Below are positions 35,101 through 43,878 of a stretch of 64,000 nucleotides of DNA, one piece after another. This DNA is from Candidatus Aminicenantes bacterium. Lineage in GTDB: Bacteria; Acidobacteriota; Aminicenantia; UBA2199. The stretch lies in the NCBI GenBank assembly GCA_018262835.1, contig JADFDP010000003.1:4157-68156 (forward strand). Reading direction: 5' to 3'. Both the position numbers and the translations under genes were made by a program. The notes below the pieces were generated by a model. It worked only from the letters and a program-made list of their open reading frames with translations. It was not told the DNA's origin and did not search any database. Within the stretch, counting starts at the first letter, position 1, and every line of letters starts with the position of its first letter.

Positions 35101-35210
35101 TGGACGAGGCCGTGGAAGAAGCGCGGCGCTGCCTGCACTGCGACCGCAACCAGGCCCCGGAAAAGGAAAAGACAGCCGGCGAAACGGTGGCCATCGAGGC
35201 CATGCTGTGA
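32136..35210 (+). CDS. NuoF/HydB-like flavoprotein fused to GltD/NfnB-like NAD(P)H-FAD oxidoreductase
   Basis: 1024 aa. N-terminal [2Fe-2S] (ICGGGACIS..ETGCMGPCELGP). FMN/NADH site GLRGRGGAGFSTGMKW. N3 cluster ESCGQCVPCR. Then CSAGVC..CVNACP and CGRVCPAFCERKC. Two Rossmann motifs: VAVVGAGPAGLACA and VVVVGGGSTAMDAA. Confidence 0.9.
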   Translation: MNKRLDVLICGGGACISSHSHELKKKLIEEIEKNGLSAEINLVETGCMGPCELGPVMVVYPDGSFYIQLDEKNAAEIVQEHFLKGRPVQKHLWQAPEARKIVEQKKQIPFFEKQLKIVLSNCGRIDPENVGEYIAQRGYEALGTALTQMTPEQVIDIITKSGLRGRGGAGFSTGMKWKFAYDSKSDQKYILCNADEGDPGAFMDRAVLEGDPHAVLEGMALAGYAIGADKGYIYVRAEYPLAIERLNHAIAQAREMGLLGKNIFETSFHFDVELRMGAGAFVCGEETALMASVEGLRGQPRPKPPFPAVKGLWGKPSVINNVETLATIRHILLNGWEWFSAIGTEKSKGTKVFALSGKVTNTGLVEVPMGITLGELVFDIGGGIPGGKAFKAAQTGGPSGGCIPAKYLNSPLDYESLKALGSIMGSGGLIVLDEDSCMVNMAKYFLEFSLEESCGQCVPCRVGLKQMYDLLERITSGSGTMADLEKLESLAYTVRATSLCGLGQAAPNPVISTIKYFKHEYLEHIQDKKCSAGVCAALFAAPCVNACPAGVDAASYVSHMGDGRLREAYFQHMQNNPFPIVCGRVCPAFCERKCSRGKYDQAVAIREVKRLFADWAIGEGLGFAPPLQTHKEKVAVVGAGPAGLACAFYLTRLGYQPVVFEALKVAGGMMKVGIPDFRLPKDKLQAEIAVIEKAGVQIKLNSPVANIDELTEKGFAAVFVGSGAHQAQKLNIEGSSLKGVMSGIDFLREANLGKKINIGNDVVVVGGGSTAMDAARLARRLGAGNVRLVYRRTRTEMPAQLEELVGAEEEGVEMDFLVNPLQIIGRAGKVSGIHCIKTELADFDDSGRRRPVPVGGSEYTIRASFIIYCLGQKLSLGLTGGTLNLDRRGHIAVDPRTMATSAAGVFAGGDAVNPSTVIESVAQGRLAAVSIDRYFGRAGRLFDQPRQVVDVHYDEEAYLKTIERKEPHLEDAEKRVADLALEVSRGLTLDEAVEEARRCLHCDRNQAPEKEKTAGETVAIEAML

Positions 35211-35217
35211 GGAAGCC

Positions 35218-35676
35218 ATGAAGCGCGAAAAAATATTGCAGAACTACAAGCCCTCGGGCGACAACCTGCTGGGCATCCTGCACGACATCCAGAACGCCAG
35301 CGAAGAGCATTACCTGACCGACGCCGACCTGCGGGCCGTGGCCGATTACCTTGGCCTGGCCTACAGTTTCGTGTACGGCGTGGCCACCTTCTATACCATG
35401 TACAGCCTTGAGCCGCGGGGCAGGTACCTCATCCGTGTCTGCCAGTCCCCGCCCTGCCACCTGCTGGGCTCGACCACCATTTCCAGGGAGCTGATGCGGC
35501 TGCTGGGGATCGGTTTCGGCGAGACCACCGCCGACAGGCGCTTCACCCTGGAAATGTCGTCCTGTCTGGGCGTGTGCGGCGTCGCCCCGGCCATGATGGT
35601 CAACGACCAGGTTTACGGCAACCTGACCCCCGAGCTCATCGCGGAAGTCATCGCGGGGTTGCGGAGGGGAAAATGA
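35218..35676 (+). CDS. NuoE/FdsG-like [2Fe-2S] subunit (module 2)
   Basis: 152 aa. CQSPPCHLLG...SSCLGVCGVAPA. Confidence 0.9.
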   Translation: MKREKILQNYKPSGDNLLGILHDIQNASEEHYLTDADLRAVADYLGLAYSFVYGVATFYTMYSLEPRGRYLIRVCQSPPCHLLGSTTISRELMRLLGIGFGETTADRRFTLEMSSCLGVCGVAPAMMVNDQVYGNLTPELIAEVIAGLRRGK

Positions 35677-37271
35677 GCATTTACCGCACGCACATCCTGC
35701 TGCCGGTCGATGAGGGAACCGTCCAGGCCGGGGTCTTCGAGGTCAAGCGCCGGCTGGAGAGTGAATTGCAAGCGAGAAAACTTCAAAAGGAAATAAAGGT
35801 CCTGGAAAGCGGCAGCGTCGGTCTGGTCGGCAAAGGCGTCATCCTGGCCGTCTATCCCGACCGCATGTACTATTTTGGAGTCAAGGAAAACGACATTCCC
35901 CGCATCATCGAAGAGCATTTGCTCAAAGGGCGGATCGTCGCCGGCCTGGCCCATGCCCCGGTGGCGGCCATGGCCGCGGACCAGACCGGCGCCCGCGTCG
36001 GGCTGACCCGCGAGCAGCGGCGCGTGGTCCTGGACAAGGCCTGGACCGTGGACCCGAAAAACATTCACGAAGTCCTGGCCGCCGGCGGCTACCGGGCCCT
36101 GGAAAAAATATTCAGCGACAAGCTCAGCCCGGAACAGGTGATCGAGGAAGTGAAGAGATCGGGGCTGCGCGGCCGCGGCGGCGCCGGATTCCCGACCGGC
36201 ATGAAGTGGGAGTTCACGCGCAAGGCGGGGGGCCCGGAGAAATACGTCATCTGCAACGCCGATGAAGGCGAACCCGGCACCTTCAAGGACCGGCTGATCC
36301 TCGAGGGCGACCCGCACAAGCTGATCGAGGCCATGACCATCGCCGCCTACGCCATCGGCGCCGGTCGCGGTTTCATCTACATCCGCGGCGAATACGGCCT
36401 GTCCATCGAACGCGTGCAAAAGGCCATCGACCAGGCCCGGGAGTTCAGTCTGCTGGGCAAAAACATCCTGGAAACGGGCTTTTCCTTCGAGCTGGAGATC
36501 AAGAAGGGGGCCGGCGCCTATGTCTGCGGCGAGGAAACGGCGCTGATCGAATCGCTGGAAGGCAAGCGCGGCAACCCGCGCGTCAAGCCGCCCTACCCGG
36601 TCACGCACGGCTTATGGCAGAAGCCCACGGCAGTCAACAACGTCGAAACCCTGGCCAATATCCCGGCCATCATCAACAACGGCGCCGGCTGGTTCCGCAA
36701 GATCGGCACCGACAAGTGCCCGGGGACCAAGGTCTTCACCATCCTCGGCCATGTCGAATATCCGGGGCTGATCGAGACCGACATGGGCACGCCCCTGCGC
36801 GAGATCATCTTTTCTTTCGGCGGCGGCATCAAGGGCGGCAAAAAATTCAAGGCCGCTTTGCTCGGCGGCGCTGCCGGGGTGTTCCTGTCCGAGCCCCTGC
36901 TGGATGTGAAGATGGATTTCGAGAACCTGAAGGAAAACAAGGCGGTGCTGGGTTCCGGGGCCGTGCTGGTCATGAACGAGGACACCTCGATCGTGGACAT
37001 GCTCTTTTCCATCGCCAAGTTCTTCGCCCACGAGTCGTGCGGCCAGTGCTCGCCCTGCCGCATCGGCACGCAGCAGATACTCCAGATCATCTACCGCCTG
37101 CGCCAGGGCGGCGGCAAGGCGGGCGACCTGGAAACGCTGCTGCAGCTGGCCGAGACCATGTTCAGGTCGTCGCTCTGCCCCCTGGGCCAGTCGCTGGTCA
37201 TGCCGGTCAAGAGCGCCCTGGAGAATTTTAAAGACGAATTCGCGTTGGCCATCAGCCAAGCTGAGAAATAA
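35673..37271 (+). CDS. NuoF/FdsB-like NADH-binding flavoprotein (module 2)
   Basis: 532 aa from MSIYRTHILL (ATGA overlap). GLRGRGGAGFPTGMKW and ESCGQCSPCR. The N-terminal thioredoxin-like fold lacks Cys ligands (ESGSVGLVGKG). No C-terminal ferredoxin extension. Confidence 0.9.
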   Translation: MSIYRTHILLPVDEGTVQAGVFEVKRRLESELQARKLQKEIKVLESGSVGLVGKGVILAVYPDRMYYFGVKENDIPRIIEEHLLKGRIVAGLAHAPVAAMAADQTGARVGLTREQRRVVLDKAWTVDPKNIHEVLAAGGYRALEKIFSDKLSPEQVIEEVKRSGLRGRGGAGFPTGMKWEFTRKAGGPEKYVICNADEGEPGTFKDRLILEGDPHKLIEAMTIAAYAIGAGRGFIYIRGEYGLSIERVQKAIDQAREFSLLGKNILETGFSFELEIKKGAGAYVCGEETALIESLEGKRGNPRVKPPYPVTHGLWQKPTAVNNVETLANIPAIINNGAGWFRKIGTDKCPGTKVFTILGHVEYPGLIETDMGTPLREIIFSFGGGIKGGKKFKAALLGGAAGVFLSEPLLDVKMDFENLKENKAVLGSGAVLVMNEDTSIVDMLFSIAKFFAHESCGQCSPCRIGTQQILQIIYRLRQGGGKAGDLETLLQLAETMFRSSLCPLGQSLVMPVKSALENFKDEFALAISQAEK

Positions 37272-37285
37272 CAAAGGAGGCATGC

Positions 37286-40009
37286 ATGTCGGAAATGGTA
37301 ACCATCAGTATTGACGGCAAGGAGATCCGGGCGGCCAAGGGAGACAACCTGTTGCGAGTGGCCCGGGACAACGGCTTCGACATTCCCGGGCTGTGCTTTT
37401 ATGAAAAAATAACCCCCACCGGCGACTGCCGGCTGTGCATGGTCAAAATAGAAGGCCGGCCCGGCATGGTCGCCTCCTGCCTGGTCAAGGTCGATGCGGG
37501 GATGAAGGTGACCGCTTTCGATCCACAGCTGGAGGAAACCCGCAAAATGCTGGCCGACGTGCTCCTCTCCGAGCACAACGACGACTGCATCACCTGCGAG
37601 CGCGACGGCGACTGCGGCATCCAGGACCTGGCCTTCCGCTACGGCCTGGACACGCCCAAGCGCACTTTTGCCCCGGTCTGGAAGGAGATCCCCCAGGCTC
37701 CGGACAGCTCGGCGCCGGTGTTGTTCTATGATTCCAGCAAGTGCATCAAGTGCGAGCGCTGCGTCAAGGCCTGCACCGAGATCCAGGGCAAGGGCGTCTT
37801 AAGCATGGCCCAGCGCGGCATCCACAGCCACGTCGTGGCCGGCACCGGCCAGTGGTCGGGCTCGGAGTGCGACGGCTGCGGCGAGTGCGTGCAGGCCTGC
37901 CCGGTCGGCGCCCTGATGGAAAAGCCCGTCTACGGCCAGAAGCTGAAGAAAAAGGACGTGCAGAGAAAGGTGGTCACCACCTGTCCTTACTGCGGCGTCG
38001 GCTGCCAGATGGAGCTCTGGGTCAAGGATGACAAGATCGTCAAGGTCAAAGGCGCCGACTCGGTGCCCAACTACGGCTCCACCTGCGTCAAGGGACGGTT
38101 CGGCCTGGATTTCGTCCAGCGTCCCGACCGCCTGACCAGGCCGCTAATACGCAAGGAGGGCAAGCTGGTTGAATCTTCCTGGGACGAAGCGCTGGAGCTG
38201 GTGGCCAGCAAACTCGGCGCCATCAAGAAGGAACACGGGCCGGCCGCCCTGGCCGGGCTGTCGTCGGCCAAGTGCACCAATGAGGAGAACTTCGTCTTTC
38301 AGAAGTTCGTGCGCACCGCTTTCGGCTCCAACAACGTCGACCATTGCGCCCGTTTGTGCCACGCCTCCACCGTGGCCGGTCTGGCCCGCTCCTTCGGCTC
38401 CGGCGCCATGACCAACTCCATCGAGGAGCTGGAGCATGCCGAAGTCATCCTGGTCACGGGCTCCAACACCACCGAGACCCACCCGGTCATCGCCACGCGC
38501 ATCAAGAAAGCCGTGCTTTTCCACGGCGCCAGGCTGATCGTCATCGACCCGCGCCGGATCGACCTGGTCAAATACACCGAACGATACGGCGGCATGTGGC
38601 TGCGCCAGAAGAACGGCAGCGACGTGGCCTGGGCCAACGGCCTGATGAACGTCATCATCGAGGAAAAACTGCTCGCCGATGAGTTCGTCAAGACGCGCAC
38701 CGAGGACTTTGAGGCCATGAAGAAAGTCGTGTCCGGTTACACCCCGGACAAGGTGGAAAAGATCACCGGCATACCCGCCGAGCAGCTGCGCCGGGCCGCG
38801 CGCATGTACGCCGGCGCCGCCAAGGGCTCGATCGTCTACTCCATGGGCATCACCCAGCACACCACCGGCACCGACAACGTCATGTCCATGGCCAACCTGG
38901 CCATGCTCACCGGCAACCTGGGCAAGGAGTCGGCGGGCGTCAACCCGCTGCGCGGCCAGAACAACGTTCAAGGGTCGTGCGACATGGGCGCCCTGCCCAA
39001 TGTTTTTCCCGGTTACCAGGCCGTGACCGACGCGCCCGCCCGCGAAAAATTCGAAAAGGCCTGGAACGTCAAGCTCGACGACAAGGTCGGCCTGACCATC
39101 GTCGAGATCATGCACCAGGCTGCCGAGGGCAAGATCAAGGGGCTGTACATCATGGGCGAGAACCCCATGGTCTCCGACCCCGACCTCGGCCATGTCAAGC
39201 AGGCGCTGGAAAAGCTGGATTTCCTGGTGGTGCAGGACATCTTCCTGACCGAAACGGCGCAACTGGCCGACGTGGTGCTGCCGGTGGCCTCGTTCGCCGA
39301 GAAGCAGGGGACCTTCACCAACACCGAGCGCCGCAGCCTCTGGGTGGAGAAGGCCGTTCCCGCCCCCGGCGAAGCCCGCATCGACTGGGAGATCATCCGC
39401 GACGTGAGCACGCGCATGGGCTACAAGATGGAATACGGCAGCGTGGAAGACATCATTAACGAGGTCAACAAGCTGGTGCCGCAGTATGCCGGCATCACCT
39501 ATAAACGCCTTATGAACGGCGACAAGCTGCAGTGGCCCTGCCCCAACCCCGAGCACCCGGGGACGAAATTCCTGCACCGCGACAAGTTCACCCGCGGCCT
39601 GGGCAAGTTCTTCGCCATCGATTATATCCCGCCCGCGGAGTGGCCCGACGCCAAGTACCCCTTTCTGCTCTCCACCGGCCGCCTGCTCTACCATTACCAC
39701 ACCGGCAGCATGAGCCGGCGCACCGCGGCCCTGCCCCAGTACGTGCCCGGGCCGTTCATGGAGATGCATCCCCAGGACATGAAAAAATTGGGCATCACCA
39801 GCGGCGAGCAGGTCAAGGTCTCATCGCGGCGCGGCTCGATCCAGACCGAGGCGCGGGAGAGCGAGCGGGTCGATGTGGGCTCGGTCTTCATCACCTTCCA
39901 TTTCGCCGAGGCGGCGGCCAACATGCTGACCAACGACGCCTTCGACCCCATCGCCAAGATCCCCGAGTTCAAGGTGGCTGCCTGCCAGATAGAAAAAATC
40001 AACCAATAA
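37286..40009 (+). CDS. fdhA: Formate dehydrogenase catalytic subunit, NuoG-like Fe-S N-terminus plus molybdopterin domain (Cys-type)
   Basis: 907 aa. [2Fe-2S] CFYEK..CRLCMV..SC; H-ligated cluster HNDDCITCERDGDC; two 4Fe-4S motifs; CPYCGVGC. Active-site stretch VDHCARLCHASTVAGL has TGC (38357-38359) where Sec enzymes have TGA. Confidence 0.93.
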   Translation: MSEMVTISIDGKEIRAAKGDNLLRVARDNGFDIPGLCFYEKITPTGDCRLCMVKIEGRPGMVASCLVKVDAGMKVTAFDPQLEETRKMLADVLLSEHNDDCITCERDGDCGIQDLAFRYGLDTPKRTFAPVWKEIPQAPDSSAPVLFYDSSKCIKCERCVKACTEIQGKGVLSMAQRGIHSHVVAGTGQWSGSECDGCGECVQACPVGALMEKPVYGQKLKKKDVQRKVVTTCPYCGVGCQMELWVKDDKIVKVKGADSVPNYGSTCVKGRFGLDFVQRPDRLTRPLIRKEGKLVESSWDEALELVASKLGAIKKEHGPAALAGLSSAKCTNEENFVFQKFVRTAFGSNNVDHCARLCHASTVAGLARSFGSGAMTNSIEELEHAEVILVTGSNTTETHPVIATRIKKAVLFHGARLIVIDPRRIDLVKYTERYGGMWLRQKNGSDVAWANGLMNVIIEEKLLADEFVKTRTEDFEAMKKVVSGYTPDKVEKITGIPAEQLRRAARMYAGAAKGSIVYSMGITQHTTGTDNVMSMANLAMLTGNLGKESAGVNPLRGQNNVQGSCDMGALPNVFPGYQAVTDAPAREKFEKAWNVKLDDKVGLTIVEIMHQAAEGKIKGLYIMGENPMVSDPDLGHVKQALEKLDFLVVQDIFLTETAQLADVVLPVASFAEKQGTFTNTERRSLWVEKAVPAPGEARIDWEIIRDVSTRMGYKMEYGSVEDIINEVNKLVPQYAGITYKRLMNGDKLQWPCPNPEHPGTKFLHRDKFTRGLGKFFAIDYIPPAEWPDAKYPFLLSTGRLLYHYHTGSMSRRTAALPQYVPGPFMEMHPQDMKKLGITSGEQVKVSSRRGSIQTEARESERVDVGSVFITFHFAEAAANMLTNDAFDPIAKIPEFKVAACQIEKINQ

Positions 40010-40022
40010 AAGAGGAGGAACA

Positions 40023-40880
40023 ATGGAGTATGATTGCAAGGGCCCGGCCGTGGTGGCCGCGGACCTCAACGAGAACATCTGTGTAAAGAAAACCACGAAC
40101 AACTGGTTCAAACTGTTGGTGCTGGGCATCCTGGCCGGCGCTTACATCGGCTTCGGCGGCGAGCTTTCGAACATGGTCGGTCATGATGCGGCGACCTTCG
40201 TCGGAGCAGGCCTGGCCGCCTTCATCAAGGGCGCGGTCTTTTCCGTCGGCCTGATGCTGGTGGTCATCGCCGGGGCGGAGTTGTTCACCGGCAATACCAT
40301 GATCACCATGTCGGTGCTGGACGGCAAGGCCAAGTTCAGCGGCTTGCTGTACAACTGGTCGATCGTCTATGTTGCCAACTTTATCGGCTCCATGCTGATG
40401 GTTTATGTCATGTTCGGCAGCGGCCTGCTCGCCGGCCCCAACGTGGCCGTGGGTGCCTCCGCCCTGAAAACGGCCGCCGCCAAAGCGAGCCTTGATTTCG
40501 GGCCGGCTTTCTTCCGCGGCATCCTCTGCAACTGGCTGGTCTGCCTGGCGGTGTGGATGGCATTGACCTCGCGCAACACCATCGGCAAGGTCTGGGCCAT
40601 CTTCTTCCCGATCATGGCCTTCATCGCCTCGGGTTTCGAGCACAGCGTCGCCAACATGTATATCATCCCCATCGGCATCATGCTCAAGGGCGTGAACGAG
40701 GTCGTGGCGGCCGCCACCGCCGCCGGCCTCACACCGGAGAAGCTGGCCAATGTCAGCTGGTACGGCTTTGCGGTCAAGAACCTGATACCGGTCACCCTGG
40801 GCAACATCGTGGGCGGCGGCTTTTTCGTCGCCACGCTGTACTGGCTGGCCTACGTCCGCAAGTCCAAGAAGGCCGCCTAG
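40023..40880 (+). CDS. focA: Formate/nitrite transporter family channel
   Basis: 285 aa. FNT signatures GAELFTGN and FEHSVANMY. Confidence 0.9.
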   Translation: MEYDCKGPAVVAADLNENICVKKTTNNWFKLLVLGILAGAYIGFGGELSNMVGHDAATFVGAGLAAFIKGAVFSVGLMLVVIAGAELFTGNTMITMSVLDGKAKFSGLLYNWSIVYVANFIGSMLMVYVMFGSGLLAGPNVAVGASALKTAAAKASLDFGPAFFRGILCNWLVCLAVWMALTSRNTIGKVWAIFFPIMAFIASGFEHSVANMYIIPIGIMLKGVNEVVAAATAAGLTPEKLANVSWYGFAVKNLIPVTLGNIVGGGFFVATLYWLAYVRKSKKAA

Positions 40881-40909
40881 GTCACTTCAACGTTATCTTG
40901 ATTTATCCG

Positions 40910-40942
40910 GGGCCGTTCCCGCCGGGGACGGCCCTTTTTTTT
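40910..40942 (+). terminator. Rho-independent terminator of the formate dehydrogenase operon
   Basis: GGGCCGTTCCC-GCC-GGGGACGGCCC stem (11 bp, one G-U) followed by T8. Confidence 0.8.
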
Positions 40943-41001
40943 GTCATATTCTCACTGCGGCACAATATCTGTTATAATAACGAAGATTTTTTATATCATG
41001 A

Positions 41002-42300
<1,299 letters not shown>

Positions 42301-42331
42301 CCAGCTGGATGGGAATTGAGTGGATAACGGA

Positions 42332-42490
42332 AAAATTCCAAATTCCAAGCACCAAATCACAAATAAATTCCAAGTTCCAAATTCCAATGACCCAAACAAA
42401 GTCACCAGGGGCTTTTTATCTTAGTTTTGGTCATTGGGTCATTGGTCCTTGGTGCTTGTTTGGAATTTGGGATTTGTGTTTTGGAATTTA
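42332..42490. repeat. Heptad-periodic hairpin element C
   Basis: CA arm AAATTCC AAATTCC AAGCACC AAATCAC AAATAAA TTCCAAG TTCCAAA TTCCAAT GACCCAA. GT arm ..TCATTGG TCCTTGG TGCTTGT TTGGAAT TTGGGAT TTGTGTT TTGGAAT. Confidence 0.7.
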
Positions 42491-42538
42491 TTCACCTGGA
42501 AATGATTGATTCCATTTGACCCATATATTGCTGAAAAA

Positions 42539-43726
42539 ATGATCCTCCACGATACTGTCACCTCCATCAGCCGCAACCTGTGGAAGATCCTCGCCATGAA
42601 ATTCAGCGGCGAGTTCCTGCCCATCGCGCCGGTGCTGATCCTGTATTACACGGTCAATGGCCTGAATTCCACCCAGATTTTCACCATCCAGGCCGCCTTC
42701 CACCTGGCGGTTCTGCTGCTGGAGGTGCCATCGGGCTACCTAGCTGATGTCGTGGGCCGCAAAAAAACGCTGGTGCTCGGGGCGTTTTTTTTCCCGCTGG
42801 GCCTGGCCGTTTATACTGCCGGCCGCAGTTTCGCGGCATTTATCCTGGCCGAATTCATCCTGGCGGTCAGTGTCAGCATGCGCTCGGGCTGCGATTCGGC
42901 CATGATCTTCGACAGCCTGCGCCAGCTGGGGCGGGAAGGGGAGTACAAGCTCCTTGAAGGAAAGTGCGCGCTGGTCGCCCGCACCGGCACCGCGATTTCA
43001 TCGGTGGCCGGCGGCCTGCTGGCCACGGTCTTCCTGCGTCTCCCTTTCCTGGTCAACGTGGCCGGCGCCCTGTTCATGCCGCCGCTCGCCCTGTCCCTTT
43101 CCGAGCCCGAGCGGGAAAAGCGCCGCTCGCAGAACCCGATGCGCGATATCCTGCACATCTGCCGTTATTGCCTGCAGCAGCCCCATATCCGGCCGGTGGT
43201 CCTGTTTTGCGGCCTGCTCATGGCCAGCCAGCTGACCGCGCTCTGGGCCTATTTCCTGCTCTACCAGGAGCTGGGCATCGGCGTGGGCTGGTTCGGCGTT
43301 CTCTTCGCCGTCTTCCAGCTGGCCGGCGCCCTGGGCGGCGCGCGCGCCCACGCTTTCAGCGAGCGCTTCGGGGCCAAAACCGCCTTGGTCCTGGCACTGC
43401 TCAGCCCGTTGTTTTTCGTCCTGCTCGGCCTCTTCCCCGGCGCCTGGCTGCTTCCCCTGATCCCGGCCAATGCCCTGCTTTGGAACCTGGCCTACCCGGT
43501 GCTGCTCGAGCGGCTGAACCTGGCCGTCGATTCCGACGTGCGGGCCACGGTCCTCTCCCTGGCCGCCATGGCCGGCAGCGTAACGTTCATCGTCGTGTCG
43601 CCCCTGTTCGGCCGCCTGGTCGACGCCATCTCCCTGGGCGCGGCGTTCATCACCCTGGGCGGGTTTTTCCTCATGGCCGGCCTGCCCCTGCTGGCATCGA
43701 TTCGGCGCCACTGGCAGAAAGGGTAG
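42539..43726 (+). CDS. MFS transporter
   Basis: About 12 predicted transmembrane segments. GYLADVVGRKKTL loop motif. Start uncertain: ATG 42539 or 42596. The track start is TTG, inside the repeat. Confidence 0.8.
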   Translation: MILHDTVTSISRNLWKILAMKFSGEFLPIAPVLILYYTVNGLNSTQIFTIQAAFHLAVLLLEVPSGYLADVVGRKKTLVLGAFFFPLGLAVYTAGRSFAAFILAEFILAVSVSMRSGCDSAMIFDSLRQLGREGEYKLLEGKCALVARTGTAISSVAGGLLATVFLRLPFLVNVAGALFMPPLALSLSEPEREKRRSQNPMRDILHICRYCLQQPHIRPVVLFCGLLMASQLTALWAYFLLYQELGIGVGWFGVLFAVFQLAGALGGARAHAFSERFGAKTALVLALLSPLFFVLLGLFPGAWLLPLIPANALLWNLAYPVLLERLNLAVDSDVRATVLSLAAMAGSVTFIVVSPLFGRLVDAISLGAAFITLGGFFLMAGLPLLASIRRHWQKG

Positions 43727-43878
43727 GAAACGCTTCCTTTCCGGTTCTGGATTTCCGTAATATATATATGGAGTAAGCCGCGGGTCCCGGCACAGACAAT
43801 GTGACCTAAGGCAGGTGACGGCGGAAATGGGTGATGTGCGGCCGCTCTGCATAGGCCCGGCTTGATCAGGAGGAGCAA

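Noticed and set aside
38357-38359. Selenocysteine (in-frame TGA plus SECIS) in FdhA
   Set aside because: The ORF is uninterrupted, and the position equivalent to Sec in FdhF-type enzymes is TGC (Cys) within VDHCARLCHAS.
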